Origin: Camelus ferus | Taxonomy: Eukaryota | DNA length: 64,000 nucleotides | Direction: 5' to 3' | Assembly (NCBI RefSeq): GCF_009834535.1 | Contig: NC_045697.1 | Location: 63,118,001 to 63,182,000 of the forward strand | Part shown: piece after piece, positions 27,608 to 40,980 of the stretch | Layout: the number at the start of each line of letters is the position of its first letter | Position numbering within the stretch: position 1 is the stretch's first letter | Translations under genes and position numbers: made by a program | The notes under the pieces: model-generated | What the model saw: the letters and a program-made list of their open reading frames with translations, nothing else | Database searches by the model: none | What the model was told of the DNA's origin: nothing

Positions 27608-27845
27608 GTAACAATAACTAACATTCATTGAACTCTCACTATGTTCTGGTCCTATGCTCAGAGCTGTTCCAGCATCATCATGTATAACCATAAAAACCAT
27701 TATGAGGCACATCCTTCATTCACATGAGGCAAATGAGGCTTAGCGAGCTTAAGTAATTTGTTCAAGTTCCCATAGATGGTGAGGATTAAAAATGGTAAAC
27801 TGTCTCAATCCAAAGCCCATAATCATAAACACTCCTCCATATTGT
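27608..27845 (-). mobile_element. Near full-length MIR within L2 remnants
   Basis: 'aacaataactaacattcattgaactctcactatg...atgaggcaaatgaggcttagcgagcttaagtaatttgttcaag...tccaaagcccat'. Confidence 0.85.
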
Positions 27846-28329
27846 CTCCAAAGATGCACAGACAGACAGTTCTGCTCTCTTATTGTACTTTTAGCTCCTG
27901 GAAGATAGAGACTATGTCATTTCAAGTTTTAAAACAAAATTGCCTCATTCAGGGCACATTCAGGCATGCCACATAGTAGATGATCAGTCAATACTGAATT
28001 AATGAATAAGTTAATATATCAAATAATACACGTTAGAGGGATCACTCCAGAGTAAAGGGAATAAAGCAGTCTTATAGAGAAGATGAGAGTAAACTGAGCA
28101 TTGAAATACGTACATGGGCAAAAGAGAGAGATTAACCCTACAGACTATCGGGAGGGTAACAACAGAATCATGAGAGAATTCTTAGAATTCTGGCAATACT
28201 TAGGAAAAAACTGAGGTTTCTTATTACAAAGAGAAACAAGGCAATATATTATACATATGCATATACATAAATAGTGATGTAATCTTACTCATGATTATTA
28301 ACATTTTTCTGAAGATACATGCCAATGTA

Positions 28330-28937
28330 ATTTGATGAAATAAAGAAATAAGTATTTGAAAGGGAGCAGGAAAATTATCATTATTTACCAATGATATCAT
28401 TCTTTACAGAGAAAACTGAAGAGAGTTATTTAAAAACAATAAAAACAAAAACAAAATAGAATTCAATTAATGTGGCAATATAATATACTAATAGAAATAA
28501 TTTAATTGCCTTCCTATATTCCAGTAAATACTATTTGGAAGATAAATTGGAAGTAAATACTCCATTGAAAATAGCACCAAAAATAATAAAATTCTTAAAC
28601 TGTACATTAAATATGTAAGATGATTTAAAGAAAATTAGAAATGTTTGTGGTATACCCACACACAAATCTTGAAGAAATGTAATAGCAGTAGACCATAATC
28701 CTGGATAAGAAGAATCAGTTTCTTAAAGATGTTAAATTTCTCCAAGTTAATCTATAAATTGATTTCATTTCAATAAATATCAATTGGGTTTTTTAAAGAA
28801 TTGTGACAGATGATTTATAACACTTAGGAGAAAATGAACAAATAAGATAAGCCAGGAAACTTTGGAAAAGTAAGAATAGTAAGGAGGTACTAGTCCAATC
28901 AGATGTTAAAGCATATAAAACTACAATAATTAAAAGG
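28330..28937 (+). mobile_element. Ancient L1M ORF2 remnant; similar sequence resumes at about 30270-30700
   Basis: Degenerate ORF2 segments 'attatcattatttaccaatgatatcatt', 'aaagatgttaaatttctccaagttaatctataaatt', 'gatgttaaagcatataaaactacaataattaaaag'. Confidence 0.7.
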
Positions 28938-28970
28938 GATTCTATTCTAACAAATTTTAAAGTATATTGC

Positions 28971-29137
28971 ATAGTAACTCTATATCTAGTTTTTTAAGGG
29001 ACCTCCGTACTGTTTGCCATAGTGGCTGCACCAGTTTACATTCCCACCAACAGGAGGGTTCCCTTTTCTCCACATCCTCTCCAGCATTTATTATTTGTAT
29101 ACTTCTTAATGGTGGCCACTCTGACCAGTGTGAGGTG
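28971..29137 (-). mobile_element. L1 ORF2 C-terminal fragment
   Basis: ORF 29036-29218(-) contains [28 protein letters not shown], the ORF2p cysteine-rich region. Confidence 0.9.
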
Positions 29138-29424
29138 CTTACTTAGCCCAACTGAAGGGTGCTTGATGGACCTGAATATCAGATTTGAAAGTGGAATTGC
29201 TGAACCTTGTCTGGACAAACAACAGTATACAGAAGTCCTTCATGTGGTGAAAGAGGAAAATCAAAGAATGGTGAGATTAGTACTAATGCTGGAACAATAA
29301 CCTCTTTCCAGAAATGTTCTCAGAGAACACGGACCATGCATGCCCAAGACTCACAGTCAGCAACTGAGCCTTCTGGACACTCCACAGTGCTGAGGCAGCA
29401 CTGAGAGCGTTCAAGAGGCAGCAC

Positions 29425-30162
29425 AAAAGGGAACCCTCCTACACTATTGGTGGGAATGCAGTTTGTGCAGCCATTGTGGAAAACAGAATGGAGATTCCTC
29501 AAAAGACTAAAAATAGATTTACCATATAACCCAGCAATCTCACTCCTGGGCATATATCCAGAAGGAACCCTAATTCAAAAACACCTGCACACCAATGTTC
29601 GTAGCAGCACTATTTACAATAGCCAAGACATGGAAACAACCTAAATGTCCATCAACAGATGACTGGATAAAGAAGATGTGGTATATTTATACAGTGGAAT
29701 ACTACTTAGCCATAAAAATTACAACATAATGCCATTTGCAGCAACATGGATGTCCCTGGAGAATGTCTTTCTGAGTGAAGTAAGCCAGAAAGAGAAGGAA
29801 AAATAACATATGATATCACTCATATATGGAATCAAAAAAAAAAAAAAAGACAAATGAACATATATATAAAAGAGAAACAGACTCACAGACATAGAATACA
29901 GACTTGTGGTTGCCAGGGGGGAGGGGTGTGGGAAGGGATAAACTGTGAGTTAGAGCTTTGCAGATACTGACTGGTATATATAAAATAGATAAACAAGTTT
30001 ATACTGTATAGCACAGGGAAATATATTCAATATCTTGTAGTAGCTCATGGTGAAAAAATACAAAAATGAATATATGTATATTCATGTATGACTGAAGAAT
30101 TATGCTGTACACCAGAAAGTGACACGTTGTAAACTGACTATAACTCAATTAAAAAAAAAAAA
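29425..30162 (+). mobile_element. Young camelid-type L1 3' end with poly(A)
   Basis: [31 protein letters not shown]; 3' UTR similar to the 56493-57175 copy; A12 tail. Confidence 0.93.
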
Positions 30163-30197
30163 GAGTTGAGGCAAATTTCCCAATTGCTCTTAAGCCT

Positions 30198-30236
30198 TTA
30201 TTATTATTATTATTATTATCATTATTATTGTTACTA
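30198..30236. repeat. (TTA)n microsatellite, imperfect
   Basis: Directly visible. Confidence 0.85.
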
Positions 30237-31439
30237 CTAATTTAAAGCTAAATAAAATTCATATTGAATCAAGAAATACATTGTAAAGCTACAGAAATCA
30301 AAGTTTGATACTGTAGCATGTAGTCAATTAGATGAATGAACAAAATAAAAATCAAGTAGCAGATCCAAATATACAGAACATTTCAGTATATAATAAAGGT
30401 AGCATTTGTAATCAGTGGGCAAAGATAAATCAGTAAGTAGTTTGGGATGTACTGTATCATCTAGAAAAAAAATTGAAGTTGTATCTCTCCTTTGTCACAT
30501 TTTATACCAAAATTAATTCCACAGAGTAAGCAAAACCCAAAGCCATAAAAGAGCTATAAGAAAACACATAAAATTTGTGTTTAAAGATTTGTGTTCTAAA
30601 AAAAATTCAATCTCAAGATTGGAAAGATCTAATTATATCACATACTTGAAGAAATAAAATGTAATAAATATGAACACATACAAATAGAACAGAACTCCAC
30701 TTGTAATAATAACATAGCAAAAAAATAACATCCAGAAAATACTAATCAAACTGAAAAAAAACCCAAGTTTTTCAGTGTATATGTCCAACTACCATTTGTG
30801 GGAATGAAAAAAAAAGAATATATTTATATATATTATTGAATGAAAACAGAGAGGTAGCAATGATTGACTCTGGAAGAAAAATGAATTTCTCTGTGGCAAG
30901 AGTAGGAATGAAATATACTTTTCCCTCTCTCTCTATATATATATCCTTTTGCATATTCTGAGTTGGGTGCTATGTCTATATTTTATCTTTAGATAAGAAA
31001 TTATGCATACAAATTACTTAATTGTAATACATAAAAATGTTAGTGTGTATCTTGTGACAGATCTGTCCATAAAATGAAACCATTTGGTTTTCATTTATAC
31101 TTTTTGCTTTTTTATCTTTTTCAGTGGAAAGACCCTATTTACTTTATTTTTAAATAAGGTACAAAATAATAGTTTATGAACAGTGATTCATATTTCTAAA
31201 TCTAGTTTCTCATTGAAAAATACGGAGATAGTAACTGGCAGTAGTAAAAGGAACATTGAATCACTTTCTTCTTCATCTGTAAAATGAGGTAATAACCTAT
31301 GCCTTGAGAATTAAGGAAAAGAGTGTTGTTAAGACACTTAGTGACATAAAAACTTTCAACATTTATGCGTTTCTTTAATCATATTTAATTTCTGTGTAGC
31401 TTACCACTCCTGCAGAGCCATTTCTGATACTTAACTAAC

Positions 31440-31700
31440 ACCATCTGTGATTGCTTAACAGATACTGATAGCCTCCAATATGCAGACCTATTCTAGGAAC
31501 TGATGAAATATTAACTGTCATCAGACATCCTGGGAAGTGATACCAGTGGAGGGTGTTGTGAAAGTAAAGTGGAGGAACATAGAAGAGGATGCCTAATTTA
31601 GCCATGGGGAGTCAGGAGATACTTCTCTGAGAAGCGGACTGCTTAAGCTGTATCTTAAACCTGGAGTACAATTTAAAGAAAATAAGGAATGGGATTTACA
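31440..31700 (-). mobile_element. L2 fragment
   Basis: 'ggaggaacatagaagaggatgcctaatttagcc...ggagtcaggagatacttctctgagaag...ttaagctg' L2c-like. Confidence 0.55.
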
Positions 31701-31889
31701 TTAATTTGCGGTTTCAAGTAGCACAGAATACGGTTGGAATGAAGCAGATACATAGAAATGTGGTAAGAATTGATTAAACTTTATGGGGCCACAAGCACTG
31801 TATCTCATGCTAGAGTGAGTTTAAATTTTGAAAAACTTAAAAAAAAAACCCTACATTGTCAGATTTAAAGGTTCAAAGATACTCAGAGA

Positions 31890-34800
31890 AGCTGTCAGTT
31901 TAGGCAAGATGGAGTGAACTTATTTTTTTCTTCTCCTCCCTGCTAAGTATGACTGTAACTTCTGAAGATAATGCAAGAAGTAAGAAGAAGAAAATCCTGA
32001 AAGATGGTAAGAAGGAAAATTGGTTTGATATCCTGGAACTGGAGGAACAGCACAGAGAAATGGCATCTTCAGTCTCTCACACAGTAGCAAGATGTTATCC
32101 AGACCCAAATCTTCATAGATCCAAACCTAGCAACAGGAAGCAACCCAGGTAGATGTATGCCTCCTTTGGATCAAACAAGAGTTCCTACTAAAAACCATGG
32201 CAATCTCTGTTTTTCTGTACCACTCCAAGGGAAGCACTTTTCTTCTCTGCAGCATGTGAGACTTACCTCTTCAGTGGACAGATACAGTGTAGCCAGATGG
32301 CACCCACCAGAGGGATCCCAGCACATCAGCTGGCCCAGCTCTAGTAGACTCTGTCCATGCAGGCTTGAGACTCTCTTACCCCACAAGGAAATACACGCCA
32401 TGGGCAAGAGAGATCCCATCAAAACAGTTCTTCCTTCAGGCTTGAGACCTTTTGTCCCCACCCAGATACATCATGGATGCCCAGAGGAACCTGTGGCAGG
32501 GATCCTGACGCAACCAGCACACATCCTGAGAAGTACTTTCTGACCCAAATTGACAGGAAGATTCTGCCACAGTAATGTTTGGCTCAGAAAGCCTCTTTGT
32601 ACCTGCAGGCCTGAGACCTTCCATCAGCACAAGAAACACCCAGTGACTGGCCCTAGGAAACATCTTTTGCCTTCTCAAGCACTGCCAGCAAAGACAGAAA
32701 CACCAAATAAACTAAAAAGATCAAAATAACACTGCAAATGCTCTGAAAATTAAACTGTCATTGAAATCACAGCTCCAAAATGTAAGCAGAGATCTGTGCA
32801 CTAAACCTAAAGAAGGCAACTTCCTGCTAGAGTGGAAAGATTTATATAGATTGCAGAGGTTTTTTTTAGCATAGTAAACAAAATACCCAAGATATAATCA
32901 TAAATCACCCATTATAATAAGAAAAAGAAAGATTATGATTTAAATGAGAGAAGACAATCAAGAAATGCCAACATAAGATGTTGAAATTATCTGACCAAGA
33001 TTTTAAAACAGCCATCATGAAAATGCTAGAATATTGTATTATAAGTTGTTTTAGAATGGAAATTGTAGAAATGGAAAATACAGTAGCAGAAATTTGTGGA
33101 CGAAACCCTCCTCACCTCCCAAAAAAACTTGTTGAATAGGTTCATTAATATAGTGGAGATGGCAGAGGATAGAATTAGTCAACTAGAGACCAGGTCAATA
33201 AAGTTTACTTAATCTGAAAAGCAGAGATAAAATAGGCTTAAAAAAAAAAGAAAAAGAAAAGTAATAGCCATGGAGACCTGAAGGACAATAACAGAAGATC
33301 CAACATTCATATCATTGACATTACAGAAAGAGAGGAGAAAAAGTAGACCTGAAAGAATATTTTAAGAGTTCATGGCTAAAAACTTTTTAAATTTTAGAAA
33401 GACACATATCTACACATCCAAGAAGCTGAAAGTACCCCAAATATATTAAACTGAAGACATCCAAGAAAAAAACACATCATAAACTCTTGAAAGCAGCCAG
33501 TGAAAAGTTATGCATTATTTATAGGGAAACACCTATTAGAATGACAGCAAACTTTTCATCTGAAACCACTGAGGCCAGAAGAAAGTATCACATCATTTTT
33601 CAAGTGCCAATAAACAAAAACAGATGCAAATTTTATATCTGATGAAAGTGATCTTCAGGAATGACGGGGAAATAAACATATTCTTAGATGAAACAAAACT
33701 AAAGGAATTTGTCACTAATAAACCTACTCTTCAAAATTTGCTAAGTGAACTTTTTCAAATACTAATGAAAGGGTTAAAGGAAGAATATTGGAATATCGGA
33801 AAGGAAGAAGGAACAACAGAAAGAACAGAGATATAAATGTGTTATTATATATGACTATTGTTGACTATCCTTTTCTTCATGAGTTTTGCACATTACATTT
33901 GATAACTGAAAACAAAAATTTCCACCGTCTAATACTTAAGACAATTATATTTAAAAGTAAGGATGGTAAAGGGACCTAAATGGAATTGAGATTTCTATAT
34001 TTCACTTGAAGCATTAATAAAACATTAATACCAATAGATGTATTAAGTCACATGAGTATACTGTAATACCCAAAGCAACCATTTCAGAAATTACACAGAA
34101 AGATAGACTCAAAAACACTATAAAGAGATGTAATCAAAAAAAAAATGTTTAAGTGGCTCACAGGGAAACAAAAAATGAGAAACAGAGGTATAAGTAATTA
34201 AAGAAACAAACAAAACAAATAATGAAATGGCAGATTTAAACCCTAATATATCAATAATTACTTTAAGTATAAATGGTCTGAATACATCAGTTAATGACAG
34301 CAATTGACAGAATGCATAAAAAATGTGTCCAAAGTACATGCTATCTACAAGAAACTCATTTCAAACATAATACCATAGGTAGGTTGAAAGTAAAAGCATA
34401 GATAAAGATATATGCAAACATTAATGTAAAAAATTAGGAAAGGCTATATTAATATCTCATAAAATTGACTCCAGAACAAAGAAAATTAGTAGAGAAAAAG
34501 AGGAATATCACTTATCATAAAAACAATTTGCCAGGAAGACTTAATCCTCAACAGTAGAGCCTTGATACACATGAGACAAAACTGATACAACAGAAAGGAG
34601 AAATGGGAAAATCCATAATTACATTTGGGAACTTCAGCACCATTCTTACAAGCAACCGACAGAACTACAACACAGAAAATCAGCAAGGATGTAGAAGATC
34701 TGAAAAACACAATCAACCAACAAGTTTTATTTAATATTTATAGAACATTTAGTTACAACACCAGAATACTTTTTCTTTCCTGAAGTGTTTATGAAACAAT

Positions 34801-34910
34801 CATCAAAATAACCATATCTTGGATCATATAAGAAACCTGAACAAATTAAATATCAATATCCTGATTGTAATATTATAATATAGTTTCAGAAATGTTACTC
34901 TTAGGAAAAA
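31890..34910 (+). mobile_element. Old L1 (L1MD-like): 5' UTR, ORF1 and EN remnant, then a jump to a 3' UTR fragment
   Basis: Starts 'ggcaagatggagtg'; ORF 33624-33836 QILYLMKVIFRNDGEINIFLDETKLKEFVTNKPTLQNLL matches the ORF1p C-terminus; 'tcaataattactttaagtataaatggtctgaa' is the ORF2 start; 34850-34910 resembles an L1MD 3' UTR. Confidence 0.8.
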
Positions 34911-35029
34911 ATGTTTAATTTACTTGAAATTAGTGTATTTAGAGAAAAATATCTCACCCAATTAGGAATAAAAATGTGCCTGACATTTAATGCATCAAAA
35001 TGGAGGGACTTTGATTTTTTTTTGCTTAA

Positions 35030-36345
35030 CATCTCTATATTCAAAATATAATGCAAAGCCACAGTAATGAGATGGTGTGGTGTTTGCAGAAGAATAGACA
35101 AACAGTTTAACTGAACAGAATAGAGAGCCCAGAAATAGTCCCATATAAAAATAGTCTACTGATCTTTAATAAAGAAGCAAGGATAATACAATGGAGAAAA
35201 GATAATCTTTTCAACAAATGGTATCGGAACAACTTGGACATACACATGCAAAAAATAAATCTAGACACAGATCTTACCCCCTTCACAAGAATTAACTCAA
35301 AATGGATCACACACCTAAACATAAAACACAAATATAAAACTCCCTGAATTTGTATATTTAAAATCTGGTCAAGAACCTGAGCAGACACTGTATCAAAGAA
35401 AATATACAAGTGGCAAGTAAGCATATGGAAAGATGTTCCACATCATCTTCACCATCAGAGAAATGCAAATCAAAATATTAATGAAATACCTTTACACATC
35501 TATTACAGTGCCAAAATCCAGAACACTGACAATATGAAATGCTAATGAGAATGTGAAGCAACAGGAACTCTCATTCATTGCTGGTGGGAATGCAAAATGG
35601 TACAGCCACTTTGGAAGACAGTTTGACAGTTTCTTACAAAACTAAACATACTCTTACCATAAAATCTAACAGTCATGCTCCTAGGAAATGAAAACACATA
35701 AAAGCCTGTATATGAATGTTTATAGCAGTTTTATTCATAATTGTAAAACTTGGAAGCAACTGAGATGTCTTTTCAGTCAGTGAATAGATAAATAAACTCT
35801 AGTACATCCAGACAATGGAATATTACTCAGTGCTAAAAAGAAATGAGCTAGCAAGCCATGAAAAGACATAGAGGAAATTTAAACGCATGTCACTAACTGA
35901 AAGAAGCCAATATGGAAAGACCATGTACTGTACAACTCCAAATATGTGGCATTCCAGAAAAGGCAAAGGTATGGAGACAACGAAAAGATCAGTGTTTGCC
36001 AGGATTTGGAGAGAGAAAGGGATTAATAGACAGGGCACAGAGGATCTTTAGAGCAGTAAAATTACTCTGTGTGATACTATAATGATGGATACATGTTATA
36101 CATTTTTCCAAACCCCAGCCCATAGAATGAGCAACACCAACAGTGATCCTAATGCAAACTATGGACCTTGGATGATAATGATGTGTCCCTGTATATTCTG
36201 TAAGTGTACTGCTTTCATGCAGGGTGTTGATGATTGGGGAGGCTCTGCATGTCTAGCAGTTAGGGGTATATGGGAAACCTCTGTACCTTCCTTTCCGTGT
36301 TGTTGTGAACGTAAAAATGCTCTAAAAAATAAAGTCAAAAAAATA
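35030..36345 (+). mobile_element. L1MC1-like 3' portion (ORF2 end plus 3' UTR)
   Basis: 'cacagaggatctttagagcagtaaaattactctg', 'cctaatgcaaactatggaccttggatgataatgatgtgtc', 'aaaaatgctctaaaaaataaagtc'. Confidence 0.85.
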
Positions 36346-37609
36346 TAATGCAATGTCAACAAAAATACTAATAGTTTATTAAAGAGTTAATATGTTAAGC
36401 CTCAGCTCTTTATTTGCATGTTTGAAGCTTTCATATTATTTTTTTGTATAGAAGATGTAATTCAGCAAATGTGAAAATTAAAAATATGAGATAAAAAGGA
36501 TAGATATAGGATACTAAGGATATTAACAGTAAAAAAATATTATTTTATGAGGAACTCAGAGTGGTGAATCTCAAATTATAGTTTTTAACTGAGAGAAATT
36601 TTCACCTTTATACCATTGTTGAAGTTAATAACAGAAGGTAATAATATAGTCCATGTTTCGGATGTATCAAGGAAATTAAATAAGAAATTTAGTACATAGT
36701 TAAATGCAACTTAGGTAGAGTTCCTCTTCAGTTATTCACTGAAAGGTAATATTTTGGATCTATCCTAGTACATTCTATTGATTATAATGATTACAAAAAT
36801 GAATTTTATTAGATGAATTTTCATAGAACCAGCCTTCTTTAGTGATTTTCTTTCAAATGATTCTTGGTTTATGAAAGATGTAAAACAAAGGACAACTTAT
36901 CTTCCAAATCTTCAAATTGATATGCAATTAAAAGTATTAATATCTCTTGTTTGACAGTTCTTGTGCTGGGTGTTTTCATAGACTTTCCCATTCTTTTAAA
37001 TATTATAATAACCAAGCAGTGTAAGCCTCCAGAATTTTTAAATAAACTTTAGATAACTTTCTAGCAGAAAGATTCTATGTCTACTAGAAATTTTGCCATA
37101 TTGCAAATGTTGGCTTTTCTCCTTTTCTTTATTCTTCCTAGTTCATATTGTTGTTGTTGTTACTTAATCAGAAACAGATTTCTCTCTAAATACAAAACTT
37201 TATTTTCCCCCCTTAGCAACCTACATTACTCTCCTTGGTTTCACCATTTCACGCTTTCTCATCTCATTCATTCAATCTCTTTAACTCCGCTAAAAGGACA
37301 GCCTCAAATAGTTTATTTTTCCAAGACCACATACCCAGTTAAAGACATACTGACTGAAGACTTCTAGATAAGAATCAGTTCTCATCTATTATATTAACCT
37401 GTGTCTATGAAAAAGAAATCCTCTTTTAAAGGAATATATGTGCCTATAAATTTTTTCTTTTGGATATGGGAACGTATCATTCCCACTTACTAAATAGATG
37501 CATTTCTCAGAAGGATGAAGCTAACAAATTATAGAGAAAGAAAGATCATCCAGGCAGTAATTTAATTTAAGTTAATCAACGTTGTTATATTGCTGGCCCA
37601 GATTTTTTG

Positions 37610-37820
37610 TTAATATCTCATAATCTTACAAGTAAGGGCTATTAATATCTACATGTAAGCATTATATATAATGAAATATGAGTTATTTTCAGATGAGGAA
37701 AGCCAAATTTCAGAGAGGATAATTAACTTGTTGAATTTCTCACACACTGGTAAGTGGTGAACCTGAGACGAGGAGGTATGGGTTAAGACTCAAGATCCCG
37801 TCTTCTTTCCACTACTCCAT
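37610..37820 (-). mobile_element. MIR
   Basis: 'attttcagatgaggaaagcc...cagagaggataattaacttg...cacactggtaagtggtga'. Confidence 0.7.
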
Positions 37821-38639
37821 GGCCATGAGATAGAGAATATGCGCAGATATAATATTCTTTTTAGCCTATAATTATATGTTTTGCAACATTATTGAAAGAA
37901 AAATCACCTTGGTTCTTGGCATCTGCCCAGATGCTGATTTAATATGTCTCGTGGTGGAATTTACTAACTTCTGCACTTACTGAACCAATGGGAAAGAAAA
38001 AGTTTCCCAGGGCCTTGTGGCTGCCAAAGGGCTATCGTGAATTATTGTAAATATAAATTATCCCCTTGCTAGGATGCAGAGATTACTCTCATGTTAGAAA
38101 TAGTCAAATGTGAATTGGCTCATTTGGTAGGCATTGGTGACAGGTCCATTGCCTTAATTGGCCAACTGCAAATCATTGTATTTTGAAGTTTTAACTGTAT
38201 TATTTGATTCATTTGACATCATACATCTTTATCAAAAGTACATAATTCATAAGAACACTTCTGTAGTTATACTGGCAAATTTCTCTGTTTGTTTCAATAA
38301 GATGAGCAGTTTGTACAAATTAAAGTATACAGAAGGTAGCATGTGCATATATTCTGTGTTAGGACTTTTTAGTATTTGTGTAGCTGTACTATTTTATAAC
38401 TTCCTGTGCTTTAAGGTTGATAGTATTTCTTCCATCCCACATCTTATATGTAGGCTTGAATTTTCCTTTTAAGAATTAACTATTTATTCATTCACTAATT
38501 ATTCATGTTAAGAACTAATGGATTTAGTGCAGTTGTAATGATGCAGTTATTTTAAATTGAGAAATGTTGAAATAACTGTATTTATAAAATTTGCTGAAGT
38601 GGATAATTGTATGAATTTTATGTGAAAAGTTAAGCTCTG

Positions 38640-38865
38640 TAGTTTTACATTGTAGTGATTAACAGCTAATATTTGGGAATCAAACTACTGTGCCTTAAAC
38701 ATTTATTAGTTTTGTGACTTTGGGACAGCAAGTTAAAATATCTAAGCCTCAGTTTCTTTAACTACATAATCAGAATTACAATACTACCATCATAGACTTG
38801 AAGTGAGGACTGAATGAGATGATCAATTTATAACCTATAGAGAAATAATAAATTCTAGCTACTAT
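38640..38865 (+). mobile_element. MIR
   Basis: 'tgtgactttgggacagcaagttaaaatatctaagcctcagtttcttta...gtgaggactgaatgagat'. Confidence 0.75.
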
Positions 38866-39889
38866 CTTTGTTTTTGTTGGATTTGAATATTATCAACTGA
38901 TCTATTTATCCAACACAGATACCATATAAGTCTATACGTTAAATATATTTTTTTCATTTCTTTAATAATTTCTTGATGTATTTTAGAAGAGAAGCTAAAC
39001 GGTGTGTAATCTGCCAAACAAGATAAATAAATCTATAGTATTAACTCTGTAACTTACAGGGATTTTCTATATTACATATTTTGAAATTTTAGGGAATTTA
39101 AGGCAGAAATAAAGTGAACTTGTCTAAGTAAGTTTGTATAGAAATTGACCTGCAGAAAACATTCTGATCAGTCAATTCCATTTGGAAGATTAAAGTAGGT
39201 TATAAAATTACTTTTTAAGGGCCTAGTAAAAATGATGATGTCTACTCTTCTCAAATCAATAGTGAATGATGAGAAAACTTATTTATTCTTTTGCCTTTTT
39301 GTCATCCAAACTTTATTCTGTTGCAGAATAAATTTATTCAATTGTAGAATTTCAGTGCTACATTGAAAACAAATATATAAAAATATTACTTAATAATCAC
39401 CTCTGAGATAATTTTTGAAAAGTAGTTTATGTATTCTTATATAGTTCCCCATATTAGGTGTAGGAAGGAACTTCGAACTATCAAAGGAACTTGGTTTCAG
39501 TATTCTGTAACTGTTAATTTTATTATGGTCCACTTGATGGCAGTATAGCACTTGGAAAAGACACAATCTTGGGTGAATTTTATGCTTGGTTTCTTGTGTA
39601 GTAATAGTATACAGTTAAGACTTTTGACTGAAACATAAATTATAACTTATTTTCTGCTAATACCTAAGTGGTTATAATCCAGAAGTGTTTTTGTGAAGGA
39701 ACCAAACTTGAACATAGTAGAACTGTGATATGTCAGAGAAGAGGTACTCCTGAGAAAAGATGAAACTGAGGTTTTCTAGGATTTAAAATTCATGACTCTG
39801 AAAGATTTTTAGCTTTTATCATACTTTTTTTTTTAGAAAAAAGAATAGCTGAATTAAATATCTAAAATATGTATAAAATATCTTTTTAT

Positions 39890-40980
39890 TTAAAATTTTT
39901 TCTTCCAGTTGTATTGAGATATAATCAGCATACAGCTTGTATAAGTTTAAGCATAATGACCTAACTTACATACAGCATGCAGTGATTACCTCAGTAAGTT
40001 TAGTGACATCCATAATCTCATATAGATACAAAAGAAAGAAAAAAGAAAAAAATTTCCCCTTGTAATGTGAACACTTAACTGTCTCAACAACTTTCTTATA
40101 TAACATACAGCAGTGTTTGAAGAGACACATGCACCCCAGCATTCTTAGCAGCACTATTTATAGTAGGCAAGACATGGCAGCACAAGTAAATTTGAAAAGT
40201 AATCCATTTTCATTATTTAAAAAATTCAAATAGGGCATACATGGAAAAAACTAAAACTCCCCCTGGAACACTCCACCTGCATTCTCAAAGAAGGGATAAC
40301 TGTTAGGGGTAATTGTCAATCAACCGTGATTGGATTAAGATGATGTGGTATATATGCACAGTGGAGTATTACTCAGCCATAAAAAAGAATGAAATACTGC
40401 CGCTTGCAGCAGTGTGGATGTACCTAGAGAGTATTATGCTTAGTGAAATAAGACAGAGAAAGACAAATACTATATGATATTACTTATATGTGGAATCTAA
40501 AAATAATACAAATGAATGTATATACAAAACAAAAACAGACTCACAGATATAGAAAACAAACTTGTGGTTATCAAAGGGAGAGGGAAGAGGGAGGAACAAA
40601 TTAGGGGTATGGGAGTATATGGGAGTAACAGATACAGACTACTAAATAGGAAATAGATAAGCAACACGAAAATACTGTACAGCACAGAGAATTATATTCT
40701 TTATCTTGTAATGGAATATAATCTGCAAAAATACTGAATCACTATGCTATACACCTGAGATTAATATAATGTCATAAATCAATTATATTTCAATTAATAA
40801 AAAAGCAGTGTTAGTTATATTAATAATATTGTACATTATATCCCTAGTACTTATTTATCTTATAACTGAAATTGTATACTTTGGACCACCTTTATCCCCC
40901 ATACAAAGATATAGATTCTCCACATGGTACATTTCATCCCATGACTCATTTATTTTGTAACTGCAAATTTGTACCACCTA
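39890..40980 (-). mobile_element. L1MA9-like 3' UTR split by a nested L1
   Basis: 'caacaactttcttatataacatacagcagtgtt' continues as 'agttatattaataatattgtacattatatccctagtacttatttatcttataactg' after the insert. Confidence 0.75.
40118..40803 (+). mobile_element. Nested L1 3' end with 9-bp TSD
   Basis: ORF2 tail, 3' UTR and A tail; TSD agcagtgtt at 40109-40117 and 40804-40812. Confidence 0.85.

Noticed and set aside
32157..32543. 128-aa ORF
   Set aside because: Lies in the GC-richer 5' UTR of an old L1, where stop codons are rarer; no protein family recognised.
37910..38170. Enhancer-like cluster of TTGGC/CCAAT motifs
   Set aside because: Short motifs occur often by chance; cannot be supported without conservation or chromatin data.
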